NCBI GenBank assembly: GCA_963667195.1
Contig: OY762962.1
Location: 1,754,591-1,818,590 of the forward strand
Direction of reading: 5' to 3'
DNA length: 64,000 nt
From: Christensenellaceae bacterium
GTDB lineage: Bacteria; Bacillota; Clostridia; Christensenellales; CAG-138
The position numbers and the translations under genes are program-made. Shown one piece after another: positions 25,945-35,769 of this stretch (positions are counted from its first letter, which is position 1; each line of letters starts with the position of its first letter). The notes beneath the pieces were generated by a model. That model had not been told where the DNA came from. It saw nothing but the letters and a program-made list of their open reading frames with translations, and searched no databases.

Positions 25945-28185
25945 TTAGCGGGATAAGGCAGCGGCAGCCGCCGCCTGACCATAGCTGATTCCTCCGTCGT
26001 TGCAGGGAACCAGCCGATTGATGAGCACCGTGAAGCCGCTGTTCGTCAGCTCCGCAACGCATAACTTGAGCAACAGTTCGTTCTGAAAGCATCCGCCGGA
26101 GAGCGCGACGATATTGCAGCCGGTCTCTTCGCGGTGTAGTTTCGCGACTTCCGCAAGCAAATTCGTCAGCGCGCGGTGAAAGCGCATGCTGATGCGGCTG
26201 GGCGAGATACCGCTTGCGGCATCCAGTATAACGCCTTGCACGACGCTTCGCCAGTCGTAAATCCAACCGTCCGGCTCGCGAACGACGGAAAATTGATAGC
26301 TTTCCTGCTCGGACTCGTCGGCGATCTGCTCCAGCGCGATGGCGGCTTGCCCTTCGTAGGAGACGGTTTCGCGGAGTCCGCAGAGCGCGGCAACCGCGTC
26401 GAAGAGCCTGCCCATGCTGGAGGTGACGGGAGAGTTAAGCCCTGCATCCGCCGCCTGCAACAGCAGCGCAGCCTCGTTCGCGCGGGGCGTAAACAGGCGA
26501 AGCGCCGCTTCGCGTCCGAGCGTTTCTTTGCAGACACTGAGCGCCGCGCGCCAGGGCTCGTGCACCGCGGCCTCGCCGCCAAAGAGTCGAAACGGTAGAA
26601 TGTGCCCGATCCGTTTGCTGCCGGAGGCGGTGCCGAAGAGCGTTTCTCCGCCCCAGATCGTGCCGTCCTCGCCGTAGCCCGTTCCGTCCCAGATGAAGCC
26701 GAGCGCGGGGCATTGGATCGCGTGCTCCGCCAGAACCGAGGCGAAATGCGCGTGGTGGTGCTGAATCGCGATCAGCGGCAGGCGCATTTCCTGCGCGATT
26801 CGCGTGCTCGCGTAGTCGGGATGCAGATCGCACGCGACCAACTCCGGCTCGACGGAAAAGAGCCGCTGCATCGAGGCGATCTCCCGCAGATACTCGGCCT
26901 CCGTGTCGGGATCGTCCAGATCGCCGACATGGGAACTCAAAAACGCTTGCCCGTCCTTGACGAGACAAAACGTGTTCTTCTGTTGCGCGCCCATCGCGAG
27001 AATGCGTGTGTTACCCGCCGCAATCGGCACGGGCTCCGGCGCCCAGCCGCGCGCGCGGCGCAGAGGCCGCGGCTCGCCGAGGCTAGTCACAAACACGCTG
27101 TCGTCCACGCGCCGCACGATCGGGCGGTTGTGGGTCAGCACCGCGTCCGCAAGATTGGCAAACGCCGCGGGCATATCCTCGTCGCGATAGAGCATCGGGC
27201 GGTCGGAGACGTTGCCGCTCGTGAGCACCAGCGCGGGCGTTTCTTCTAATAATAAGCAGTGCAGCGGCGTATACGGCAACATCACGCCGAGGCGGTGGTT
27301 TTCCGGCGCGACGGACGACGCAAGCGCGGCGCTTTCGCGTTTTTGCAGCAGCACAATCGGCTTTTGCGGGCTGGTCAGCAGCGCTATTTCCGCGGCAGAC
27401 ACCTCGCAATAGCGATTCACCTCGTCGAGATTGCGCAGCATGACGGCAAACGGTTTTTCATAGCGCTGCTTTCGTGCGCGCAAAAGCTGCACGGCAGATT
27501 CGTTTGTGGCGTCGCAGGCGAGGTGAAAGCCGCCGATACCTTTGACCGCGACAATCCTACCCGCGCGTATGACTTCCGCAAACAGCGCGACGGGATCGCC
27601 CGCCAATTCCGCGCCATCGACGAGAAACGCAAGCCTCGGCCCGCAGACGGCGCAGGCGTTGGGCTGCGCATGAAAACGCCGGTCGAGTGGATTTTCATAT
27701 TCGCTCTGGCAGGGAGAACACTGACGAAAACCGCGCATGCTCGTGAATTTCCGGTCGTAGGGGATGTCTTCAATGATCGAAAATCGCGGGCCGCAGTTGG
27801 TGCAGTTGATGAAAGGATAGCGATAACGGCGGTCGCTTTTGGTGAACAGTTCCCGCAGGCAGTCGTCGCAGATGCCGATATCGGGCGAGACCAGCGCGCT
27901 TTTTTCTCCGGTTTCGCTTGTGTGAATCGCAAATCCTCGCTCGCCGGTCGCCGGGATTTCGCTCGATTCGACGCTCTGGATGCGGGAGAGCGGCGGCGCT
28001 TCGCTTGAAAGCGCAGCGAGGAACCCCGCGCAGGCACTGGATTCGCCCTCGATCTCGATCGTGACGCCGGAACCCGTATTCTGCACAAATCCGGACAAGC
28101 CAAAGCGCGCCGCCTGCCGATAGACAAACGGACGAAACCCAACGCCCTGCACAATCCCCCGAACCTGTATCCGAATACGAACCAT
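25945..28185 (-). CDS. hypF: carbamoyltransferase HypF
   Basis: Acylphosphatase-like N-terminus (VRGIVQGVGFRPFVY), two Zn-finger pairs (CDDC...CTNCGPRF; CSPC...CAVCGPR), and a YrdC/Kae1-like C-terminal half. Confidence 0.94.
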   Translation of the reverse strand: MVRIRIQVRGIVQGVGFRPFVYRQAARFGLSGFVQNTGSGVTIEIEGESSACAGFLAALSSEAPPLSRIQSVESSEIPATGERGFAIHTSETGEKSALVSPDIGICDDCLRELFTKSDRRYRYPFINCTNCGPRFSIIEDIPYDRKFTSMRGFRQCSPCQSEYENPLDRRFHAQPNACAVCGPRLAFLVDGAELAGDPVALFAEVIRAGRIVAVKGIGGFHLACDATNESAVQLLRARKQRYEKPFAVMLRNLDEVNRYCEVSAAEIALLTSPQKPIVLLQKRESAALASSVAPENHRLGVMLPYTPLHCLLLEETPALVLTSGNVSDRPMLYRDEDMPAAFANLADAVLTHNRPIVRRVDDSVFVTSLGEPRPLRRARGWAPEPVPIAAGNTRILAMGAQQKNTFCLVKDGQAFLSSHVGDLDDPDTEAEYLREIASMQRLFSVEPELVACDLHPDYASTRIAQEMRLPLIAIQHHHAHFASVLAEHAIQCPALGFIWDGTGYGEDGTIWGGETLFGTASGSKRIGHILPFRLFGGEAAVHEPWRAALSVCKETLGREAALRLFTPRANEAALLLQAADAGLNSPVTSSMGRLFDAVAALCGLRETVSYEGQAAIALEQIADESEQESYQFSVVREPDGWIYDWRSVVQGVILDAASGISPSRISMRFHRALTNLLAEVAKLHREETGCNIVALSGGCFQNELLLKLCVAELTNSGFTVLINRLVPCNDGGISYGQAAAAAALSR

Positions 28186-28214
28186 GTTGACTCCGCGATG
28201 ATGAATTTGCGATC

Positions 28215-28243
28215 ATTATACCACTCGTGTATCGTTGTTCCAA
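28215..28243 (-). promoter_or_regulatory. near-consensus sigmaA promoter of hypFCDE
   Basis: Minus strand reads TTGGAA, 17-nt spacer, TATAAT, with an extended TGG before the -10. Confidence 0.6.
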
Positions 28244-28274
28244 AATAAGAAAAAGCGCCCGCTTTCGCGAACGC
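28242..28274 (-). terminator. putative terminator after the LacI-family gene
   Basis: Minus strand: GCGTTCGC-GAAA-GCGGGCGC (8 bp, two G-U pairs, GAAA loop), followed by TTTTTCTTATTTT. Confidence 0.5.
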
Positions 28275-28303
28275 GTTTTATCAAACAATTGCCGATGAGC
28301 AGG

Positions 28304-29293
28304 TTAGAGCGACTCGCGAATGATGATCTCCGCGTCCAGCATGATCTGTCTTGGCGCAAAGTTGTCGCTGTGCATCTGCTCGATGAGCATTTCGCAGGCC
28401 AAAAACCCCAGCTGATACTGCGGCTGCTTGACCGTGGTCAGCGCGGGTTCGCTCATCACGGAGATATTCGTGTTGTCAAAGCCGATGATGCCGAGGTCTT
28501 TCGGAATCGCGATGCCGAGGCGCTTTGCCGCCTTGATCGCTGCAACCGCGAACACGTCCGAAGCCGCGAAGATCGCATCCGGACGCTCCGGCATGCTCAA
28601 TAACTGCGTCGCGATGGAGACCGCAGCGTCATAGCTGAACTCCGGCACCTGAACGATCAGGTTCTGCGCGGGCGTGATGCCGGCCGATTGCAGCGCCTCG
28701 ATAAAGCCCTGCTGGCGCTTTCTCGCGTATTTGTATTTGAGCGGGCCATTGATCATCGCGACTCTGCGCTTGCCCTTGCTCAGGATATAGTCCACGACCG
28801 AGCGGCTCGCCGCCACGTCGTCGATGGAGACATAGGAGGTGGCGCTGTCTTCGTTATATTCTGCGCACTGGATCAGCGGCGTATGAATCTCAATCTGCGC
28901 GATGGTTTCCGCAGACGGAATCGGGTCGAGCGTAATCACGCCGTCCGCGTGGGTCTTCTCGATTATGTCCTCGATGAAGGTCAACGTCAGCGGATGCGCA
29001 CCGGTGCGCACGATGATCTCCTGATAGCTCTGCCTACCGGCTGCTGCGGAAATGCCCCGGATCACCTCGGAATAAAACGGGTTGTCGATATCCGGCAGCA
29101 GGATGAGGATCAGGTGGCTCTCGCGACGTACGACCGCGTCGTACCCGAGTTCATAGATCGCCTGTACGATTTTATCGTAGGTGCCTTCCTTGACGCTGTC
29201 TTTATTATTGATTGCGCGCGAAACCGTGGCGATGGAAACCCCCGCCGCATCCGCAACATTCTGTAGGGTTGTTTTCTTCTTGATTTGAGACAT
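28304..29293 (-). CDS. LacI family transcriptional regulator
   Basis: N-terminal HTH (TLQNVADAAGVSIATVSRAIN) and a periplasmic-binding-like sugar-sensor domain. Confidence 0.9.
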   Translation of the reverse strand: MSQIKKKTTLQNVADAAGVSIATVSRAINNKDSVKEGTYDKIVQAIYELGYDAVVRRESHLILILLPDIDNPFYSEVIRGISAAAGRQSYQEIIVRTGAHPLTLTFIEDIIEKTHADGVITLDPIPSAETIAQIEIHTPLIQCAEYNEDSATSYVSIDDVAASRSVVDYILSKGKRRVAMINGPLKYKYARKRQQGFIEALQSAGITPAQNLIVQVPEFSYDAAVSIATQLLSMPERPDAIFAASDVFAVAAIKAAKRLGIAIPKDLGIIGFDNTNISVMSEPALTTVKQPQYQLGFLACEMLIEQMHSDNFAPRQIMLDAEIIIRESL

Positions 29294-29436
29294 GCTCGTT
29301 CCTTTTTTTCACGACTTCATATCATCATATCATATTTGATTGTTTCTGTAAATCAACATCAAAAATGAGCTTAAGCCCACTTAAATGTAAAAAATGTAAC
29401 AGAAAATAATATATCGTGTAAAATATGAAAATATGA

Positions 29437-29465
29437 TTGACACGTTGTGCAATGAATGATAAATT
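29437..29465 (+). promoter_or_regulatory. putative sigmaA promoter for the isomerase gene
   Basis: TTGACA, 17-nt spacer, TAAATT, within the AT-rich divergent intergenic region. Confidence 0.4.
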
Positions 29466-29560
29466 GAAATTAAGCAAGAAAAACAGAACGAACCATCTTT
29501 TTCATGTTCCAACTCCTCCTTCCTAGTCATAATATCATCCACGAAAAGAGAACCAAAACC

Positions 29561-30481
29561 ATGAAGCTTGGATTTGCCAGCGCCATTTTGCCGGATCAAT
29601 CGTTCGACACCGTTGTTGACTTTGCTGCGGAGCACGGCTACCGTTGCGTGGAGATGATGTGTTGGCCGGTCGGCAAGTCGGAGCGGCGCTATGCGGGCGT
29701 GACCCATATAAACGTGGATTCGCTCGATGCGGCGCGCGTAGACGCGATTCAAACCAAGCTCGCCGAGACTGGTGTCGAGATTTCCGCGTTGGGGTACTAT
29801 CCCAACGCGCTCGACCCGGAAGCGGAAAAGGCGGAAGCCGCCATCAACCACATCAAAAAGCTCATCGTTGCGGCACCCAAGCTCGGCGTACACACGGTGA
29901 ATACCTTTATCGGCAGAAATCAGTACCTCAACGTTTCGGAGAACATGAAGCTCTTTGCCAAAGTCTGGCCGGACATCATCAATCTCGCCGAGGACAACGG
30001 CGTTCGCGTTGCAATCGAGAACTGCCCGATGCTCTTTACCCAGAGCGAATGGCCCGGCGGAAAAAACCTCGCCGTTTCGCCGCGCATCTGGCGGGAGATG
30101 TTCTCCACAATCGACAGCAAAAACTTTGGTCTCAACTACGATCCCTCGCACTTTGTGATTCAGCAGATGGACTACATCCGCCCGATCTACGAGTTTACAA
30201 ATAAGCTGTTCCATGTCCACATCAAGGACATCAAACTATACAAAAACCTGCTCGACGAAGTCGGCATCTTCGCACCACCGCTCGACTACCTGCAACCGAA
30301 GCTGCCCGGTCTTGGCGACATCAACTGGGCAAAATTCGTCTCCGCGCTGACGGACGTTGGCTACAACGGACCCATCTGCGTCGAGGTGGAGGACAAAGCC
30401 TTCGAGGACACGCTGGAGCACCGCTACCAATCTCTGATTCAATCCCAACGCTACATCAGCCAGTTTATCGTAACCGACTAA
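29561..30481 (+). CDS. sugar phosphate isomerase/epimerase (xylose isomerase-like TIM barrel)
   Basis: MKLGFASAIL start, with sequence typical of the AP_endonuc_2/IolE/IolI-type TIM-barrel family. The ORF track start at 29504 is less likely. Confidence 0.8.
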   Translation: MKLGFASAILPDQSFDTVVDFAAEHGYRCVEMMCWPVGKSERRYAGVTHINVDSLDAARVDAIQTKLAETGVEISALGYYPNALDPEAEKAEAAINHIKKLIVAAPKLGVHTVNTFIGRNQYLNVSENMKLFAKVWPDIINLAEDNGVRVAIENCPMLFTQSEWPGGKNLAVSPRIWREMFSTIDSKNFGLNYDPSHFVIQQMDYIRPIYEFTNKLFHVHIKDIKLYKNLLDEVGIFAPPLDYLQPKLPGLGDINWAKFVSALTDVGYNGPICVEVEDKAFEDTLEHRYQSLIQSQRYISQFIVTD

Positions 30482-30520
30482 CGCAATCCCGCGGCGAGAC
30501 CGCCGCTCTCTAATAGACGG

Positions 30521-30538
30521 CATGTAATCCATTACATG
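30521..30538. promoter_or_regulatory. 18-bp inverted repeat, candidate LacI-type operator
   Basis: CATGTAAT-CC-ATTACATG (8-2-8, perfect arms), 73 nt upstream of the second LacI gene. Confidence 0.45.
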
Positions 30539-30610
30539 TGCATCAACAAGCGTTTTTGTGCGCATCGCTGTGACCGGAATCCGCGTGTCGGAGAGAGGAT
30601 GCCGTGAACG

Positions 30611-31633
30611 ATGGTAAAGATTGAGGATGTCGCGCGGGCAGCAGGGGTATCGGTTGCGACCGTGTCCCGTGTGCTCAACGAATCCGGTGGCGTGCTGCCG
30701 GAGACGCAGGAAAAAGTGCGCGAGGCGGTAGAGCGCCTTCACTACGAGCCCAACCTCTCTGCGCGCAACCTTCGCAAAAACGAGAGCCGCATCATCCTGA
30801 TCCTCGCACCGAACTTTTCCAACCCGTATTATTCCAACGTGCTTTCCGGCATTTGCGACGTTTCGCGAAACCTCGGCTACAGCACCTTGATCTACAATAC
30901 CTACGACAGCAACGCGCTGGATGAAAAGCTCGTTTCGAGCCTGTTTCAAAAGAACCGTGCGGACGGCATGATCACGCTCGCTGTCAACCGCGACGACCAC
31001 TGGCTCTCCCGATACGCGTGGGAATACCCGCTCGTGCAGTGCTCGGAATATGTGGAGGAGGATAGTCTCCCGCATATCTCGGTCGATAACCGCCTTGCCG
31101 CACGCGAATCGGTGCAGCATCTGATCGCGCAGGGGCACAGGAGAATCGGCATCGTCACCAGCGCGAACCGCTATCTTTCGAGCACAAACCGTATGCGCGG
31201 CTATCTCGACGCGCTGGACGCGGCGGGAATCGAGAGAAACGAAGATCTGATCGCCTACGCTTCCGCGGACTACTCGTTTGCCAGCGGCAAGCAGGCTGCG
31301 CGAAACCTGCTCACATTGCCGGAGCCGCCGAGCGCAATCTTCTGCGTTTCCGATATTCTCGCGCTGGGCGTGATTGCCTCCGCAGGCAAGATGGGCTTGC
31401 AGGTGCCGTGGGACTTGAGCGTCACGGGGTTTGACGACGTCGATTATACGACGATGTTCCACCCGTATCTAACCACCGTCGCCGTGCCGTGCTACGAGCT
31501 AGGGCGAAGGAGCATGCTGCTGTTATACGACCACATCGTGCAAAAACCCGGCGCGGAGCGGGAAGTCTACCTGCCGCACCAGATGATCCTGCGGGAGACG
31601 ACGGCGTCGATTGCATCCAGAGAGAGCATTTAA
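30611..31633 (+). CDS. LacI family transcriptional regulator
   Basis: HTH (KIEDVARAAGVSVATVSRVLN) and a sugar-binding domain. Confidence 0.9.
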   Translation: MVKIEDVARAAGVSVATVSRVLNESGGVLPETQEKVREAVERLHYEPNLSARNLRKNESRIILILAPNFSNPYYSNVLSGICDVSRNLGYSTLIYNTYDSNALDEKLVSSLFQKNRADGMITLAVNRDDHWLSRYAWEYPLVQCSEYVEEDSLPHISVDNRLAARESVQHLIAQGHRRIGIVTSANRYLSSTNRMRGYLDALDAAGIERNEDLIAYASADYSFASGKQAARNLLTLPEPPSAIFCVSDILALGVIASAGKMGLQVPWDLSVTGFDDVDYTTMFHPYLTTVAVPCYELGRRSMLLLYDHIVQKPGAEREVYLPHQMILRETTASIASRESI

Positions 31634-31679
31634 ATAATTTTTATAAGAAGAAACAACACACGACAAAGGGGAACATACC

Positions 31680-32717
31680 ATGTTAAATGTAGGCATCATC
31701 GGCTGCGGCTCAATCGCAAGACAGCGCCATGCGGCGGAATATAAGAACAACGCGAACACGACGATTTACGGTGTGTTCGATGTCTCCCGCGAGCGCGCGG
31801 AGGCAATGGCGGCGGACTTCGGCGGCAAGGTGTACGACACCGCGGAAGCGATGATTGCCGATCCCACCATCGACGCCGTGAGCGTTTGCGTCGCCAACGC
31901 GTTCCACGCGCCGATCACGATTGACGCGTTGAACCACGGCAAGCACGTGCTCTGCGAAAAACCGATGGCGATCTCGCTGGCGGAGTGCGAGGCGATGTAC
32001 GAAGCCTCCCTGAAAAACGGAAAACGCCTGCTGATCGACCACAACCAGCGCCTGACGCCCGCGCACAAGAAGGCAAAGCAGATCATCGCCTCCGGCGAGC
32101 TCGGCCGCGTGATCAGCTTCTCCGCAACCTTCGGCCACAAAGGGCCGGAGATGTGGAGCGCGGACAAGAGCAGCAACACCTGGTTTTTCAAGAAGAACGC
32201 CGCGGCATTCGGCTCCATGGCCGATCTCGGCATCCACAAGATCGACCTCATGCGTTACCTGATCGGTTCGGACGTAAAGACCGTGTTCTCCCGGATGGCG
32301 ACGCTGGATAAGAAGTTCCCGGATGGCACGCCCATCGAGGTGGACGACAACTCCGTGGAGATTCTCACGTTTGACAACGGCGCGCTCGGCACCGTGACCA
32401 CCAGCTGGACGCACTACGGCGAAGAATGCAACGCCTCCACGCTTTATTGCGAAAAGGGCACGCTCAAGCTCTATCACGACCCGCGTTACTCGCTCCAGAT
32501 CATCTATGCGGATGGAACGAAGGTAAACTATGAGCTCGACCGCATCCAGACCAACGAAGACCGCCAGCAGACAAGCAGCGGTGCGATCGATCTGTTTGTG
32601 GAGAGCATCCTCACGGGCAAGTCTTCCGTGTTGGACGCAGCGGACATCGTGAAATCCATGCGCGTGGTGTTCGCCTGCCTCGAATCGGCAGAGTCCGGCA
32701 TCACGGTGAATCTGTAA
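31680..32717 (+). CDS. Gfo/Idh/MocA family NAD(P)-dependent oxidoreductase
   Basis: MLNVGIIGCGSIARQRH Rossmann start and the EKPMA motif typical of the family. Confidence 0.9.
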   Translation: MLNVGIIGCGSIARQRHAAEYKNNANTTIYGVFDVSRERAEAMAADFGGKVYDTAEAMIADPTIDAVSVCVANAFHAPITIDALNHGKHVLCEKPMAISLAECEAMYEASLKNGKRLLIDHNQRLTPAHKKAKQIIASGELGRVISFSATFGHKGPEMWSADKSSNTWFFKKNAAAFGSMADLGIHKIDLMRYLIGSDVKTVFSRMATLDKKFPDGTPIEVDDNSVEILTFDNGALGTVTTSWTHYGEECNASTLYCEKGTLKLYHDPRYSLQIIYADGTKVNYELDRIQTNEDRQQTSSGAIDLFVESILTGKSSVLDAADIVKSMRVVFACLESAESGITVNL

Positions 32718-32816
32718 CAAAGCGTTCTGAATCACTCGGCAACGACACAGCAGAACACAAACAAACGGGTAATAACCATTGATTTGGTTGTTATAAATCA
32801 AAAAAGGAGAGAAATC

Positions 32817-33992
32817 ATGAAAAAGTTCCTCGCGATTCTTATGTGCGCCATGATGCTGGTCAGCTTTGCGGCATGCGCAAAGACCCCGGCGCCGGCAACG
32901 GAAGCAAACGCTACCGAAGCGACCACGGCTCCCGCAGCGGAAGCACCCGCAGCGCCCGCTGGCAAAACCATCTACGTGCTCGGCCCCACGCCGGATCACG
33001 GCTGGACCGCGCAGGCTGGTACCTACGCCGACAAGAAGGTTGCCGAAATCAACGCCGAAGGCAAGTATAAGGCCGTCTACATGGCCGCTTCCACCGGTGA
33101 AGAGCAGGTTGACCAGGTTCAGACCATCCTCGCGAACGGCGACGCAGCCGGCGTGGTGTTCTTCGCACTGGAAGACTCCGCCAAGGCCGGTCAGGAAGCC
33201 CTGATCGCCGCGAACATCCCGTTCATCTCCTTCGACCGTATCATTGAAGGACCGGACAAGTCCGCCATCCTCAACGCCTCCGGTGATAACTGGCAGTGCG
33301 GCGCAGGTATTGCGTACTGGCTGCAGAAGAACGGCATGGCACCCGGCGCCACCATGGTCACCCTCATCGGCGACAACGGCACCGTTTGCTCCCGCCGTCA
33401 GGAAGGCTTCGAGCAGTTCCTCCGTGGCGAAATCGAATACTTCGACAAAGACAAGAACGAGTCCTACAAGACCACCCAGGTTTGGACCCAGGACGAAATC
33501 AACGCTCTGACGGCCGATTATAAGACGGTCTGCAACTGGAGCGCAGATGGCGCCTATCAGTACCTCGAACAGAAGCTGCCGGAAATCGTTGCCAAGGCGA
33601 AGACCACCGGCGGTAACCTGTACATCTACTCGATGGACGACGAAATGACCTTTGGTCTTATGAACCTCCTCGAGGCGAACGCCATCGACGAGACGACCAA
33701 GGCCGACTTCGCAGCCCTGAACGTCTACACCTCCGCCATCGGCGGCATGGCCGAGCTCTATGCGGTCATCGACGGCACCTCTCCTCAGGCAGCCACGGCG
33801 AAGACCTACTTCGATGGTCTCATGTCCGTCTACTTCTCGCCGAAGATGTTTGAAAACGTCATTGGCTACATGATCGACTACCTCGACGGCAACTGGAACT
33901 ACAAAGTCGGCGACGGCAAGTACGAACCGGTCTGGATCGTTGACGCGGGCAACGTTGACAAGTACGAAGGTTTCTCGGGCCACAAGTCCTAA
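32817..33992 (+). CDS. sugar ABC transporter substrate-binding lipoprotein (PBP1 / ribose-type)
   Basis: Signal peptide with lipobox (MLVSFAAC), a Pro/Ala/Thr linker, then a periplasmic-binding domain. AAGGAGAG RBS before the ATG at 32817. Confidence 0.85.
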   Translation: MKKFLAILMCAMMLVSFAACAKTPAPATEANATEATTAPAAEAPAAPAGKTIYVLGPTPDHGWTAQAGTYADKKVAEINAEGKYKAVYMAASTGEEQVDQVQTILANGDAAGVVFFALEDSAKAGQEALIAANIPFISFDRIIEGPDKSAILNASGDNWQCGAGIAYWLQKNGMAPGATMVTLIGDNGTVCSRRQEGFEQFLRGEIEYFDKDKNESYKTTQVWTQDEINALTADYKTVCNWSADGAYQYLEQKLPEIVAKAKTTGGNLYIYSMDDEMTFGLMNLLEANAIDETTKADFAALNVYTSAIGGMAELYAVIDGTSPQAATAKTYFDGLMSVYFSPKMFENVIGYMIDYLDGNWNYKVGDGKYEPVWIVDAGNVDKYEGFSGHKS

Positions 33993-34053
33993 AACCACTG
34001 AACAACGAAGCTTGCGGGTAAATCGCCCGTAAGCAGGTACGCAACACAAGCAA

Positions 34054-34090
34054 CGCGTACGGATGCAGGCTTGCCCTGCATCCGTACGCG
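34054..34090 (+). promoter_or_regulatory. 16-bp perfect stem-loop between the SBP and ATPase genes (intra-operon attenuator or stabiliser candidate)
   Basis: CGCGTACGGATGCAGG-CTTGC-CCTGCATCCGTACGCG. No U-tract follows it. Confidence 0.6.
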
Positions 34091-34260
34091 GATGTAGCCC
34101 TCTCGGGCAAACCAAGCGAAACGAATCGATAAAAAGACTCTTTTCGCATCGGCGAGATCCGATTATACTAAAGAAAGTACACATCAATCCTTTCTTAATG
34201 ACGGTCGGAACTCCAGACCAAACACCTCACCAAAAACGAGGAAATCGGGGACAAAAAACT

Positions 34261-35769
34261 ATGGCAATCCTTGAAATGCACCACATTTCAAAGGCGTTTG
34301 GCGGCGTAAAGGCGTTGTCGGACGTGCACCTTTCGGTTGAACTGGGAGAGATTCATGCGCTCCTGGGTGAGAACGGCGCGGGAAAATCCACGCTGATGAA
34401 CATCCTCACCGGCGTCATCCCGGCCGACAGCGGAGAAATCCAGTTTGACGGCAAAAGCTATCCCAACCCGACTATCGCCATGATGGAGCGGGCGGGAATT
34501 GCCTTTGTGCATCAGGAAGTGAACGTGGTCAACGACCTGACCGTGTTTGAAAACATCTTTTTAAATCGCGAGCTCAAGACCAAGCTGGGCCTACTCGACC
34601 GCAAGAAGATGGTCGCGGAAGCGACGAGCCTGTTTACCAGACTCGGCGTGGATATCGATCCCTGCGCGATGGTATCCGAGCTCAAGACAAGCCAAAAGCA
34701 GCTGCTGGAGATCAGCCGCGCGCTGCACGCCAACGCGAAGCTGCTGATCCTCGACGAACCGACCACGGCGTTGAGCACGCAGGAAGTCGAGCATCTGTTT
34801 GGCATCCTCCGAAAACTGAAATCACAGGGCCATGCCTTTATCTTTATATCGCACAAAATGCCGGAGATTTTCGAGATTGCGGATCGATACACGGTGTTCC
34901 GCAACGGCATGTTTATCTCCAGCGGATTCATCGCGGACACGACGCCGCACCAGATCGCGACCGACATGGTCGGCGAGCAATACCTTGACAAGGATTATTA
35001 CGAACCACGCCCGCTGGGCGAGACCATCGTGGAGCTTAGGCACGTCACCGGACATGGATTTTCGGATGTCAATCTGGAGATCAAAAAAGGCGAGATCGTT
35101 GCGTTTACCGGGCTTGCGGGCTGCGGCGCGAGCGAGATCATGCAGACCATGTTCGGCGTGCTCCCGTTCGAAGGCGGCGTGATCCGCGTTGGCAGCCAAT
35201 CCCTGCGCGGAACGATTCCGCAATTCATGAAGAACAAGATCGCGATGCTGCCGAGTAACCGCAAGGAAAATTCCGTGGTTCCGGATATGGACATCCTCGA
35301 CAACACCTGCATCGCGGAGCACTGCCTCTCGAAGAATCGGCAGATAATTTCGAGCAAGGGCGAGCTTTCCCGCTATGAAGAGTTGCAGAAGCTGCTCTGG
35401 ATCAAGGCGGGTTCACCGAAGGATTCGATCCTCTCGCTCTCCGGCGGCAACCAGCAAAAGGTGTTCCTTGCCCGCTGGCTCAACACCAAGGCGGATGTGC
35501 TGCTGCTGGACAACCCCACTCAGGGCGTAGACGTCGGCGCGAAGGCCGAAATCTATCGCCTGATTCTGGAGTTTGCCTCGCGCGGGATGACGGTGATCAT
35601 CAACACGCTGGAGATTCCGGAGATCAAGAAGGTCTCCGACCGCTGCGTCGTCTTCTTTGAAGGGCACGTGGCAAAGGTTTTCCAGCACGACGAAATCAAT
35701 GAGCATGATGTCATGCTGTATTCTACCAACGCGATCAATACGCGGAGAGGAGCCAACCATGTCGGCTAA
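34261..35769 (+). CDS. sugar ABC transporter ATP-binding protein (duplicated ATPase, RbsA/MglA-like)
   Basis: Walker A GENGAGKST, signature LSGGNQQKV and a second nucleotide-binding domain. Start at MAILEMHHISKAF. The ORF track start at 34063 lies inside the hairpin region. Confidence 0.9.
   Translation: MAILEMHHISKAFGGVKALSDVHLSVELGEIHALLGENGAGKSTLMNILTGVIPADSGEIQFDGKSYPNPTIAMMERAGIAFVHQEVNVVNDLTVFENIFLNRELKTKLGLLDRKKMVAEATSLFTRLGVDIDPCAMVSELKTSQKQLLEISRALHANAKLLILDEPTTALSTQEVEHLFGILRKLKSQGHAFIFISHKMPEIFEIADRYTVFRNGMFISSGFIADTTPHQIATDMVGEQYLDKDYYEPRPLGETIVELRHVTGHGFSDVNLEIKKGEIVAFTGLAGCGASEIMQTMFGVLPFEGGVIRVGSQSLRGTIPQFMKNKIAMLPSNRKENSVVPDMDILDNTCIAEHCLSKNRQIISSKGELSRYEELQKLLWIKAGSPKDSILSLSGGNQQKVFLARWLNTKADVLLLDNPTQGVDVGAKAEIYRLILEFASRGMTVIINTLEIPEIKKVSDRCVVFFEGHVAKVFQHDEINEHDVMLYSTNAINTRRGANHVG

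Noticed and set aside
31710-34187. 825-aa minus-strand ORF spanning the Gfo/Idh/MocA and SBP genes.
   Set aside because: It is Gly/Arg/Val-rich with no recognisable motifs. The plus-strand genes have RBSs, a lipobox and family signatures.
34063-34260. The N-terminal extension of the ABC ATPase ORF.
   Set aside because: It runs through the 16-bp hairpin and has no RBS. The conserved ATPase N-terminus (MAILEMHHISKAF) starts at 34261.
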